Positions 32,965-44,840 of a DNA stretch of 64,000 bases are shown here, piece by piece. The number at the start of each line of letters is the position of its first letter. The first letter of the stretch is position 1. The notes under the pieces are model-generated. The model saw nothing but the letters and a program-made list of their open reading frames with translations, was not told the origin of the DNA and did no database searches. Source of the stretch: Zancudomyces culisetae HAW-14-8 (lineage: Eukaryota; Fungi; Kickxellomycota); NCBI GenBank assembly GCA_052426225.1, contig JBNJNM010000015.1, forward strand, positions 1,302,001-1,366,000, in the 5' to 3' direction. The position numbers were made by a program, and so were the translations under genes.

Positions 32965-34623
32965 TCATCGGGTATAGCCTGAATAAGTATCTCTCTCGGG
33001 TGTATAGCTAGGGGTAAACGGCGGAGGTTCGGAAATTACAGCGCTGCCATATACTGGACCAGCAGCAATGCCATTCCCTAATTCCATGTCTCGGAAACAG
33101 TCTGTTTTCATCTCTGCATATCTGTTACCGCCAGCTTTTGTGCTATCTAGGTAAATTTTTTCATCACTTTGAAAGTATTCTGGAGGGTAAGAGTACCCCA
33201 GATTTTTTTCAATATTCCGTGGTGGTGTTTTGACATCTTTTAAAGGTTTCTTAGGTTCATATGGGTTTTTGTTATTTTGCCCAGTGTAGTCATAGTTGTT
33301 GACGTTTGCATAAGGTACGGGATATGTAGGAGCTGGAGCTATCATCCCTTTTGGCTTGGTACTTTCAGGATGTATATAGCTTGCTATCACGACTCCTGAA
33401 AAATAGACACTATTTCTTCCTATTGTATGTTTAATATAATTGACTCGGATGGTTTTTGTCATACCATTGACATTCTTTGTACCATTACTAGGCTCTGTAG
33501 CAGTCAAAGCGGAAACATCCCTATAGTACTCACCAGCAGTATTGTTGATAAACACTGGAGTGCAAAGATTTGGGCATACTACCGGATTTTTGTAGAATTC
33601 GTTAGTAGCAGTGTTTGAAGGCAAGTATCTCGTATTTAGACTGCCATAGTCTTGTGTCATATTTTTGTATAGGTTGTATGTATTTCCATAAGCTGCTTGA
33701 TGGGACACTGCACCTGAAAACTGTGACTCTACGTAGTAAACCCGTGTGTTTGATGTATCGTCATTAAGAAACGCTGTTTCAGGTCTCCTGGTAATTCCGG
33801 TGTCAGTTCTGGCATATGCGGAATAAAAATTTATCTCGCTATACGTCACAGTCGGGGTTCCTACTTGCATATAACTTTGTGAGTATTTAATGCTGTCTGG
33901 TGCAGGTGTGGGAAATGAGGAGCTTATATAATCAGGATTCGAATAATCGCCTGTCGCTGTAATTGTCGGTCGTGCATCAAACAAGTCAATACCCATGCTA
34001 TAGTTGCCATTAAACTCTGGTATCACTGGTCTATCTGAGCCATAGTTGGCAACCAGCAGCTTTGGGCCTACTAGTGTGCCCCCGTTTACCCCTTTGATGG
34101 CTATATCTGCACAGTTCATGTAATATTCCCTTGTCCCATCTGCATTGATCCATGTCCATGCGAAGATACAGTTTGCACACGATGGTATCGTGAAAGGAAG
34201 CTGTATCTCGTATGCCAGTATTTCTGTACTGCTTTCTCTATACCTTCCCTTGGTAAAACAATGTTGTAACACATCCTTGATGACAACAAAGGTGTCACCA
34301 TCATCATAAGAAACTGCGAATTGACAATGGCCGCCACCGTGTGTTGATCCGTCTTCTCGAAATCGCACAGTTACTGCACTACCAGCTTTCCAAGTATCAA
34401 CAATTCTTGAGGATTTAGTTTTCGTTTTGCACAAGGGCTGGTCCTTCCGCCACTGCGAACCGATAGGCGATTTGATATTGTAGTCGATAGGATCGTTTTG
34501 GGGACAGAGTGGATTGTTTGGCGATAGTCTGGGGCAAGGTTCAACCATTGCCATGTGAGCCCTGGTCACAACTAAAAATCTAATAATAGTGGTATATATA
34601 GTTCCAAGTTTTCTAAAGATCAT
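32965..34623 (-). CDS. AA11-like LPMO copy A with a ~330-aa Tyr/Pro/Thr/Asn-rich C-terminal extension
   Basis: ATG at 34623; predicted mature N-terminal His (TRA|HMAMVEPCPR), GSTHGGGHCQFAVSYD, FAWTWINADGTREYYMNCADI. Confidence 0.8.
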   Translation of the reverse strand: MIFRKLGTIYTTIIRFLVVTRAHMAMVEPCPRLSPNNPLCPQNDPIDYNIKSPIGSQWRKDQPLCKTKTKSSRIVDTWKAGSAVTVRFREDGSTHGGGHCQFAVSYDDGDTFVVIKDVLQHCFTKGRYRESSTEILAYEIQLPFTIPSCANCIFAWTWINADGTREYYMNCADIAIKGVNGGTLVGPKLLVANYGSDRPVIPEFNGNYSMGIDLFDARPTITATGDYSNPDYISSSFPTPAPDSIKYSQSYMQVGTPTVTYSEINFYSAYARTDTGITRRPETAFLNDDTSNTRVYYVESQFSGAVSHQAAYGNTYNLYKNMTQDYGSLNTRYLPSNTATNEFYKNPVVCPNLCTPVFINNTAGEYYRDVSALTATEPSNGTKNVNGMTKTIRVNYIKHTIGRNSVYFSGVVIASYIHPESTKPKGMIAPAPTYPVPYANVNNYDYTGQNNKNPYEPKKPLKDVKTPPRNIEKNLGYSYPPEYFQSDEKIYLDSTKAGGNRYAEMKTDCFRDMELGNGIAAGPVYGSAVISEPPPFTPSYTPERDTYSGYTR

Positions 34624-35492
34624 AGTAACTACCAAATACTTTTACTGTACTTGTCTGCTTGATAGGAACAATGAAGTTATGCCTTTTTTTTCAAAAGGAG
34701 GTATCGCATAAATAAATTTTGACTATGTTGCACCGAAAGCAATAATTTAAAATCACAATTCTGGGCGAGTTCGACTCATATTAGGATGTCATACAAAGTG
34801 ATAACATTAATTACATACTAGAAGGAATTAACCAAGTAACTTGGATAGATTGGCATAGAAGCTGAATATCATCAACGTAATAGAAAGGCTATTTTGAGCA
34901 TAGTAATGAATCGACATATACTTAATCCTAGTCATCTTTATAAAAAAAAACAAGCGAAGAGGCTGTGGGATTGAAAGTAAACAAGCAGTTGACAAAGAAT
35001 ACTTAACTACTATAATTTGAGGCAAAATATAATGCAAGTAAAAAAATACTATTTTTTGAAAAAGTGGGGACGGACTAGAGGTAAAGTAATGGGGGATCAT
35101 AATAGTAAAATGTGTGAGTATTTATGGGGGTGATAGAATAAAAGTACAACTTAGTCAAACAAAATCAACAAACGAGGATAAAATTAATACGGGGATGTCA
35201 TTTAGATTATAACGTAGAGGGGCTAAGCCATATCTAAATCTCTCAAAGTACTAAGAAGAAAACATATTATAAGTCTGTTATTTCAAAAAAAAAACGTTAA
35301 AACACTTTATTAACAATGCAAAGGTTTCTCTACTCTGGTTAACCCAAATAGGAAAAAATAAACCGATTGAGGTGAGTATTTATATAATTTAATAATATGT
35401 TTAGTCTATCATTGAAGTATTGAAGAGCAAAATAAGTTAAGTAATGGCGATATGTTTTTTTTAAAAAAAAACATTCTGAATAAAAACTGGCA

Positions 35493-36338
35493 TCAAAATA
35501 TATACGGTCGCCCATTTGCATCACAACTACACCTACATCTGCCATTATCAACATAGTCGGGCGAAATGTTGTACCCGTACGAATCGTACTGCATATTCAA
35601 AGAATAATCATTGGATCGCCCACCTGATTGTACCATAGTACTATATCCTGGCTCTGATGGGGTTCCACTATCATTCACAGTAATACTTGGCCTTGAATTC
35701 AGTAGATCAATACCATTTTCATAGTTTCCATTGAATTCTGCAACTACTGGTGTTCCTGGTCCATAATTTGCTATCAACAACTTCTTTCCTGTATAACTAC
35801 CTCCATTCACTCCCTTGATAGCAACATCTGCACAGTTCATGTAGTATTCGCGGTTTCCACTCGCATTTATCCATGTCCATGCAAATACTGCACTGTTACT
35901 TGATGGTAGATTAGATGGTAGTTGAATGTCGTATGATAATACTTCAGCAGTATTTCCATATTTCTGGCCATTAAAGAAGCAGTATTTGAGTACATCCTTG
36001 ATTACAACAAACGTCTTTCCGCCGTCATACGACAAAGCAAACTGACAATGTCCACCACTATGAGCAGCACCATCAGGCTGAAACTTAACAGTTACTGTGC
36101 TTCCAGCTATCCATGTTTCAACGTTCTTGGACGTTTTCTTGTCAGTTTTACATAGTGGCTGACTGGCTGCAGATGAAGTGCCAATTGGATTTTTAATGTT
36201 ATAATCTACTGGATCACCAGCTGGACACAGTGGATTATTTGGTGATAATCTTGGACATGGTTGAACCATAGCCATGTGAGAATATACACTTGTTGCAAAC
36301 AGGGTTACGAGTACACCGAGATTGAGGTTTGAAAACAT
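35493..36338 (-). CDS. AA11-like LPMO copy B, 281 aa
   Basis: Signal peptide then His1 (VYS|HMAMVQPCPR), GAAHSGGHCQ, WTWINASGNREYYMNCADV containing the putative axial Tyr. Confidence 0.85.
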   Translation of the reverse strand: MFSNLNLGVLVTLFATSVYSHMAMVQPCPRLSPNNPLCPAGDPVDYNIKNPIGTSSAASQPLCKTDKKTSKNVETWIAGSTVTVKFQPDGAAHSGGHCQFALSYDGGKTFVVIKDVLKYCFFNGQKYGNTAEVLSYDIQLPSNLPSSNSAVFAWTWINASGNREYYMNCADVAIKGVNGGSYTGKKLLIANYGPGTPVVAEFNGNYENGIDLLNSRPSITVNDSGTPSEPGYSTMVQSGGRSNDYSLNMQYDSYGYNISPDYVDNGRCRCSCDANGRPYIF

Positions 36339-37489
36339 TTTGTGTGTTGTTATTATATGTTTTTATTATATGTTGTTATTATATGTTGTTACTGTTACTG
36401 TTACTGCTGTTTTTTTGTTGTTTCTGTTATAATTATTGTTATAATTACTGCTTTTGCTGCTTTTGCTGCTTTTAGTGCTGTTTCCGCTGTTGTTGTGAAG
36501 CCTTATTGTGTGGGAGTGTTAGTAATATGTTGATAATATGTTGATAAACTAATAAGTATAAAAAGTATGTGAATGTATGAGTATGTGAGTATATGAGTAT
36601 ATGAATATTTGGATGTGTGAATGTGTGAATTAACTCAAAAAATATTTGTTTGAATGATATTGTGTTATGAACCCGTCTATTTAAGCTCATTTATACAAAT
36701 TTCTGGCCATAATAGTGCAAAGCAAGTAAACCGAGTGCAATATTTACGCCATACTCTTTATATTTTCTAACTGATTTTTATTTAACAGTATAGGTGTTTT
36801 TTTTGAACTTTGGAATTTTAGAATATTCCGTTACTTTCTATTGATCCGGCTTAGCTTCAATTAAACATCGATAATAGTAAACCTGATGGTGTATTAAGGT
36901 ATGTGAATTTTTACTATTGTTTTTTTTGCTATTTAGCTCTGCTATTGTTTTATTAGCGCTGGTCTGGCTTATTTTTGTATTATTTTTTGTTTTGCAGCCG
37001 CAATTCTAGTCATGGGAACTAGAATATTATAGTGACAATGCTCTATATCGCTTGTAAATCGTGAAACGCCAAAAACTTAACAACTGGTTATTCAACCCCA
37101 TCCCCCCATCTGTTCCAAAAAAAAACTAATTAGACTCAAAATACCTGTATAAAACATCCCAAAGCACTGCAACAATAAAACTCAACTATCGGCCTAGTAT
37201 TTCATTATCAACACTAGGTATACTGATTGTCCACAATAGCCAGCATGTTTAGAATATTTGTAAATACTCTTGGAATTTTGATATTGATTTTCGCCAGCCA
37301 TTTTTTTCTGTGAAAAATATTAACAGTGGTAATTGGCAAAATGTAAAAGAGAACAATGAGGAATGATCAACTCAAATAAAATCGGAGTGCCACAGTTTGA
37401 ATGGAAACCTGATTTCAATTATCGACGATATTTTTATTGTAAATCTGGATGAGAAAGCATAAATGTTAAAGCAAGAAACAGTAACAGTG

Positions 37490-37559
37490 AAATGGCAAAA
37501 GTTAAAAGGCAAAAGTGAAATAGCAAAAGTTAAACGGCAAAAGCTAAACGGCAAAAATA
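37490..37559. repeat. 14-bp minisatellite, about 5 units (AAAYGGCAAAAGYT-like); second copy at about 57193-57262
   Basis: aaatggcaaaagtt / aaaaggcaaaagtg / aaatagcaaaagtt / aaacggcaaaagct / aaacggcaaaaata. Confidence 0.8.
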
Positions 37560-38285
37560 AAAGAGCCCATAGATCCAGTGTTTTGATAACCCACGCCATT
37601 TCAGGTTTGATATTGATATTGATATTGATATTGATTTTGATTTTCGTTTTCGTTTTGGTTTTCACAATACATTTCCATATCAACACATTAACACATCAAT
37701 TGACTAACCCATTGGTGTATCCTGTCAACACACACATGTACAAGTATTCACACAGAATCACTTTTAATCAGCTTTCAAGAAAATAGGTTATGGGCAAGCG
37801 AATATACATATTTCTAGCTTGTCATGCTCTAGGTTATGATACTCTAGCTCACCAGCTGTAGAAACATAACGTTGATCATATTTTAGTTGTTATTGCTAGC
37901 TATACCTAGACTAACAGCACCAAGCACACGTTTCTGAGCACACCGTTACACTTCCATGTTTCAGCATAATCAATTTTTGTGTATTCTCACACAGCATATA
38001 TTAACCTCATTATTACTAATCTTTTTTTTGTACATCTAAACTACCATAAACCGGTCAAAAGTCAAGCAAGTTGAAAAGCGTAGCAATGAACCGGATAAAA
38101 AATATATGAAAAGTATATAAAAAACATATGAAAAATATATAAAAAAGTATATTCCGATTATTGGCATTACATTCATCCAAGCTTGTTGACTGTAAAAGAC
38201 AAATTGTTTCTAACCATGTTTTTCCTAATTTTTTATTCCATCGCTTTCATCACCAATACTACTACCACTGCTCCCATTTTGGGTT

Positions 38286-38656
38286 TCAAAATCCTGTCAT
38301 GTTTGCAATTCTATTATTATTGTATCCACTCCTCACACGTGTATCGCTTTCGGAATTAGAATAGTATGACGATTGAAACACACCAGCATCACTTTCCATT
38401 ACACTCGAACAGTCATTATTATTAAATGCACTGGATAATGCTATATTTGGTTTAGAAATATCACTAGCAAAACCCTCACCGCTTGAACTGTATGCGGTAT
38501 CAACGCTTTTCGTTCGGCTTCTTCCAGTTATGGGTAGTATTTTTGAAGAGAAGAATCTAGAGTTTGGTTTGCCCATTAGTCGTTTTTTGGATAATTCGCG
38601 TTTTTTGTGATATGATACTTTGAATTGCATGTATCCATCTATTAGGTGTCTTGGAA
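38286..38656 (-). pseudogene. 5'-truncated fragment of the last SPO7 exon carried by the duplication
   Basis: Near-identical to 57989-58359 but lacks the upstream exons, splice acceptor and promoter. Confidence 0.85.
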
Positions 38657-38937
38657 TATCAGAAATCAAAAAGTATTATTTATGCGTTTATATTGGGTTT
38701 CCATACACATCTCTTGTCAAAGAACGGTCTACAGAAATCTCAATAAAGCCAGAAATTTATTGCGATATTCCAGTATTCACCTAGTAATTCTGCCTTTTTT
38801 TATTGTAAAGTGCAATAGTTCAAATTTTGCTTGAATTGATTTATTGAAATGATGATGATGATTAAAGTAGCGATTTTAAAAAGAGATTGAAAGGATGAAT
38901 AGATGAAACTAATAAAAAACTGAGTAAACATACAAAT

Positions 38938-39741
38938 TTACTTGCATGGGCAAGCGCAAGTTGCTGTGGATGCTTTAATTGCTGAACTAGTCTTAGTAGT
39001 AGCCCTCATAGCTATACTACTGCTTGAGGATGCTGGGGTACCACCACCTGCGGCTGGTGATGATCCTCCACTGCCATTAACAGTAATATTTGGTCTTGAA
39101 TTCAACAAACTAATACCACTTTCGTAGTTTCCATTGAATTCTGCAACTACTGGTGTTCCTGGTCCATAATTTGCTATCAACAACTTCTTTCCTGTATAAC
39201 TACCTCCATTCACTCCCTTGATAGCAACATCTGCACAGTTCATGTAGTATTCGCGGTTTCCACTAGCATTTATCCATGTCCATGCAAATACTGCACTGTT
39301 ACTTGATGGTAGATTAGATGGTAGTTGAATATCATATGATAATACTTCAGCAGTATTTCCATATTTCTGACCATTAAAGAAGCAGTATTTGAGTACATCC
39401 TTGATTACTACAAATGTCTTTCCGCCGTCATACGACAAAGCAAACTGACAATGTCCACCACTATGAGCAGCACCATCTGGTCGGAACTTGACTTTTACTG
39501 TGGTTCCAGCTGTCCATGTTTCAACAACTCTTGATGATTTTCTGTCAGTTTTACATAGTGGTTGTTTGGCTGCGGATGATGTACCAATTGGACTCTTAAT
39601 GTCGTAGTCTACTGGATCACCAGCTGGACACAGTGGATTATTTGGTGATAATCTTGGACATGGTTGAACCATAGCCATGTGAGAATATACACTTGTTGCA
39701 AACAGGGTTACGAGTACACCGAGATTGAGGTTTGAAAACAT
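38938..39741 (-). CDS. AA11-like LPMO copy C, 267 aa, Ser/Ala/Gly/Thr linker ending CACPCK
   Basis: Same signal peptide, His-brace and NREYYMNC motifs as copies B and D. Confidence 0.85.
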   Translation of the reverse strand: MFSNLNLGVLVTLFATSVYSHMAMVQPCPRLSPNNPLCPAGDPVDYDIKSPIGTSSAAKQPLCKTDRKSSRVVETWTAGTTVKVKFRPDGAAHSGGHCQFALSYDGGKTFVVIKDVLKYCFFNGQKYGNTAEVLSYDIQLPSNLPSSNSAVFAWTWINASGNREYYMNCADVAIKGVNGGSYTGKKLLIANYGPGTPVVAEFNGNYESGISLLNSRPNITVNGSGGSSPAAGGGTPASSSSSIAMRATTKTSSAIKASTATCACPCK

Positions 39742-39911
39742 TTTGTGTGTTGTTACTATATGCTGTTACTGTTGTTTTTTTATTGTCAGTCGAGGTATTT
39801 TACCTGAAGTTTCAGCTTTGAAAATTATATTTTAAGATTGCTACTATGATATGCAAAGTATGAATGCAATTCATAAAGTACTTGAGATAATATTGAACTG
39901 GGAACTCTGGG

Positions 39912-39919
39912 TTTATATA
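39912..39919 (-). promoter_or_regulatory. Candidate TATA box (TATATAAA) about 170 bp upstream of LPMO copy C
   Basis: Consensus match and position only. Confidence 0.3.
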
Positions 39920-41632
39920 CTTTTTTTTCGTTGCTGCATATAATATACACAACAGAACTCCCACATTTACTCTCTAAAATATACCATAGTCCGAAAACAC
40001 AACACATCAAGGATGTGGAATAGCGAATCTCGGACTATGGCTCTGTACATAATTTTATGCAGGACTCTACATCATATCTATTTGGTTGAGTTTTAGCAGT
40101 GCACTTTTAATGTCCATGTAGAATCACTAGTATTTCTGCTTAAAAAAATGGTTATTAAATCTATTTTGCTCATCGAATTGGATGAAATCTCACATTGTGG
40201 TTTGCATAGTTTTCATACACATTAAAGTTTGCATATCCGCCTTTGTTAATTAAATGTAGTATTTTTTTAAAAGCATAGTGTGGGCTTCCAGGAGGAGGTA
40301 TAAAATAATCTACCTATCTTTAAACTGAGTAATATTTTGATAATCTTTTTTTATTGAGATTAAATGGCTCTTTTCACGGTTATGTAGATGTATAAACTCT
40401 TCGTGCATAAAAGGTGAAAAAAAGATATACACATTTGATGCAAGAGGATTTTATGGCAGGCTTGGAAAATGATTTTCGGCCTTACCCTCCTATACATTCC
40501 TCTTCGATTTGTAATTATTTCAGATCAAAAAAAGGCGTCACAAAATGGACAGTGGTGGGTTTAGCCTATTTTCTGCGAGTTCTACTTGCCCAGGTTAAAA
40601 GGATTTAATATAATGCGCTACCAACTTACAGCAAACCAATTAATCTTTTTCGCTATTTACGCCCATCAACGCTTTTTTAGCGTTATTCGACTGATGAATG
40701 GGGTTATTAGCCACAATTTCAAGCACGATGGCTGAGTGTTAACCACTAGCGACTATTGAAGGTAGATATTATTGCTTAGCCTTTTCAAGCAATGCATTGG
40801 GAGGAGTTTAATGCAGGGTCACACAAACTTGGTTGGCTTCGCATTTTGAATAAAATGATAAGCACTTCAATGAAGATTATATATTTTTATGAGCTCGATG
40901 CCCTGAGCAGAGGATAATTTATTCTTGATGTGCGTAAATTGCATCTTTCTTTCATCATATCATATTAACTGAATACGTAGTAATGAATATTTGAAATAAA
41001 CTAGACTCATACACACACAAAAAATTACTATGCAAAACTTTGTACTAGATGCATAAAGTACTGTATATGTCTTTTCAAAACTGCAAACGATATTATTCCT
41101 GAATATCAATATCAATATCAATATATACATATCTACATATCATGGTATAATGATAAATGGTTGAAGGATTCCCACCTATAGAAGGCAGTTTTTGATTCAC
41201 TGATGTTTAACTGCGCGTTTAAAAATTACTAAGTCAGTATATCTCTCATTTTGATGTAGTATACTCGTATTGTTATATTGAAAACCACAAGCCTTTTATA
41301 TATTAAATTACACTATATCTTGCCATAAAAACACTTGATTCATATAATATACGCCATACCGCCTACAAACCAATATTTCCTTCACCATCTTTTTTTACTT
41401 GGGTTTGTTTGTGTGTAAGTTTTAATCACTGACATTTGAATTTCAGTTGTCATTTTTTTTTTGAACAGCTATTTTGATCAAGATCCAATAAAATTCATGT
41501 AAAAATTTTTTTATCCGAAACTGATAGTATACGAATTCAGATATTCTGAAATCAGTGTTTATAATCAATTATAATAATCCACAAAATAACAGAAAATAAA
41601 CACCAAAACGATATTATATTAAGTGGAGCAAA

Positions 41633-43263
41633 ATGAGTATTCTGCGAACCTCGGGCAATATATTTTGTAAAAAAACCACGACTCCCATATCTAGTGTTAA
41701 ACAGGTATGAACCATTTTATTGTAGTTGTAAATTGAAGTATCGAAGAATAACTACAAATTTGTGATTGTAAAGTTAAATTTCGTTTGTAAATGGCAATAT
41801 TTATAGTTGATTCTAGTCAGAAACTACGCAGTAAAGAAGGCTAAAGTAAAGAAAATCGATGATTCTGTTCAAATTACCGATGCTCTGAAAGTTATTAGGG
41901 TAAGATTCTCGTTTTCAATAGTTTAATGGTCGACTTTTGCAGTGTCTTTTTATTAATCTTATTATTTCAATGCATTTTGCAAATAAATTTGTATTTTCTA
42001 TTTTTGATCTTCATTTTACATTTATTAATAGGCTTATGAGATTGGAAAAGATAACGATACATTCGAGATTCATATTCAGTGCAAACCTGAGAAGGGGCAA
42101 CATCAAATTCGTGGAAATTTCATTATGCCACATGCGCTGAATAACGATATCAAACTTCTGGTGTTTGCAGAGGTATGTGTACTTTAGGTTTATGCATATA
42201 CCTTTAAATGCAAAAAAGAAAATATATGGCGATATATATCATTCTGTACTTCTCCATCTAACTAGGGAAAACAAGCAGCAGAGGCTAAAGAAGCAGGTGC
42301 GGATATTGTCGGTTGTATGGATATTATTGAAAAGGTAGGTTTGCATCATGCTAGTTAAAATTTGGGTTTTAATTTAACTGTTGGATTATAGCACACATAT
42401 ATGTGATGTACAGAGGTCTATTGTGTTAAACTTTCTGGTTAATGGTTAAAAATAGATTAAAAATGAAGAGCTGGAATTCGATAAATGTATCTCTACAACT
42501 GGCGCCCTTCCTCATGTGGCCAAAATTGCTAGGATTCTAGGTCCAAAAGGGTTAATGCCTACTGTAAACAAAGGTGCGTTTTTTTTTTCAAAATTATGCA
42601 CATGGAAATTCCATTTATCAAGACTATGTCTAAGCGTCTTATCTTGTCCATCGTATATTTTAAGCCAGTAATTAACAGTATACTCTTTTGATAAACAGGA
42701 AATGTAACCGACGACATTACAAATGCTGTTAAATATGCCAAAAAGTCATTTGAGTTTAAAGAGGATAAATTTCATATTGTGCATGCAGGTAAGTATTTAT
42801 ATTCTGTAACCCAGTTGAGTTCTATTCGCTAACGTGACTTTTTTTTCATAATAAATAGGTTTTGCCAAGGTAATTTAGAATATATGTTTATTTAACTAAA
42901 GGCCACAAGATACTCGAAACCTAACCATCCTTTTTTTCACGTAGCTCCATTTTAGCGACGAACAAGTTATAGGTAACTAATACCTTTCATCAAACAGAAG
43001 TATAGGTTAATGTGCAAAAGATTACATTGTATAGATATTTTAACATGATCTTAAATTTTTGTAAAAATTAGATAATGCAACAGAGCTGATAAAATCAGTA
43101 AGAGCACACGCAAGACCAGGAAAAAAGAGTAAAAAAATTACATTACTTTATATCACACAAAAATGAATCTAGTATTAAAGTATATAACAACATTTTAGAG
43201 TTCCTGTCCACAATCCATCTGTCATCTACTTGGGGCCCAGGAATAAAAATCACACCCCCTTAA
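41633..43263 (+). CDS. MRPL1: Mitochondrial ribosomal protein uL1m, 247 aa, 10 exons: 41633-41704, 41807-41899, 42032-42172, 42266-42334, 42456-42573, 42699-42788, 42859-42869, 42945-42972, 43072-43128, 43199-43263
   Basis: Not in the ORF track. Manual splicing gives IRGNFIMPH, LLVFAEGKQAAEAKEAGADIVG, FDKCISTT, IARILGPKGLMP and HLSSTWGPG, with a basic presequence-like N-terminus; phases are consistent (744 nt). Confidence 0.92.
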
Positions 43264-44840
43264 AGTCTGTTCATATAATACAAATCTCCAATCAAGTGGA
43301 AATTGGTTTTTCCGACTAAAATGCGAAACGGTTTAATAAAAAAAGGCCTACTTTTACATTTTCCTCATTAAACGCTTGTCTAGCATAAGTTGTTTTTGAT
43401 ACCTTAATAAACTCTAATAACATAGATATAACCATTGCGCTTTTTACAAACTTGGTTTTTTCTTTTCTACTACACTATACTAAATCTTTTTAATATCATT
43501 ATTTTTGATAAAGAGAAAAATTCGTTTTAGTTCCATTCTGCTGAGAAACAATCAACAACGAAACCCTGCTAAACTTGCGGCCATGTAATGCAAATGAAAG
43601 TAAAATGGTAGTAGTTCTGTTGCTCATATGTTTCCTTTTTTTCTTCTTTGGCAGCAAGTATGGCTGACGCACTTGAATTTCAAGAAATGTCGCTTTGTTA
43701 ATATATATTTGGCCTTTGTGCCAAAGGTTATTGTCTGGTGTATTAAAGCGTCCTAGAGAGACTCGAAAATCCGAAAATCACGTTTTTTGTTGTTATTTGC
43801 AATTTGAGTGAAAAACCAAGAACATTTCTGTTATTCGCTAACTTTTGTATTATTGTGGTAATAGTACCCGCGGGTCCCGTGATCATAAAATAGCCACTAT
43901 TTACTCGCTGTTTTAGGCTTAAAAATGCCCATGGTATCTCTTTTTTTTTGTATGGTCCAATAGGGACTGGGTGTATCTAGACAAAGCTACTCACGACCTC
44001 CTGAACACAACCAGCGTTTGATACTTTTATTTTCAAAACACCCCCGTTTTTCGATAAGCTACCAATACTATTTGCGGTACCATAATACTACATTCAAACG
44101 GTTTCAAATATGCGAGGTTGATCCGTTTAATGATGGTGCAGATATAAAATATACTTGATGTAGACTCTATTACTCATTTTGTTGTTTACATATCAGATTA
44201 ACACCTGGCGGTAAGACCAGAAATAAGACATAACCGTGCTTCAAAAGATTAGTAGTTCCCTTGCAGCCTAAGAAAGGGTTTAGCTCTGTTGTATCAATGG
44301 TTGAAGCAGAATTGACAAAACAAAAAAGTTGCCTTTAGAAAATAATCGTGACCAAGAAAAGTCTGGGATTTTTTTTTCTGTCCATGCTTTATTAGCATTT
44401 GAAATTACATAAAAATTGCCATGTTATTTTCAATCCCAGAATGCGAAACGAATTAACGAAACTTGTCAAATATTTCGCGTGCTAATATAGGGAAGAGGAC
44501 GAGAAAGAGAAAGAGAAAAAGAAAAACAAGAGAAAGACAAGACGAAAAGACAAGAAAAAGAGAGGGAAAATTCAATTTAAAGTAAAAACTGTGTTTGCAT
44601 AGAAAAACTGTGTTTTCAGCTGGACTATTAGTGACGTATCCGGGAATTATATGGGAATGGTGGATGTATTTGTAATCGAAGCCTTTTTGACAATTTAAAC
44701 AAATTCTGTAGCACAGTCTGCAAAGGGCTATACTAGGAATTAACGGGGTGGAAAATAGAAGCAAACAACATAGAGGTGTAGAAATAATATATTCTTGTTT
44801 ATCTGGCTGAATAATTAGGTGTATACACACGTCAATTAGA

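Larger units (their letters stand above)
35493..38656. repeat. 3.16-kb direct segmental duplication, copy 1 (partner 55202-58359)
   Basis: Near-identical sequence from the LPMO stop codon to ...GGTGTCTTGGAA, with scattered SNPs and microsatellite indels. Confidence 0.95.

Noticed and set aside
34762-34785. GAGTTCGACTC resembling a tRNA T-loop
   Set aside because: No 5-bp T stem, acceptor stem or anticodon arm around it.
37372-37786. Overlapping 104-aa and 107-aa ORFs conserved in both duplicates
   Set aside because: They arise from tandem repeats; conservation reflects the recent duplication rather than coding constraint.
35493-38656. Duplicated block as a transposon
   Set aside because: No terminal inverted repeats, LTRs, target-site duplication or transposase; the contents are host genes.
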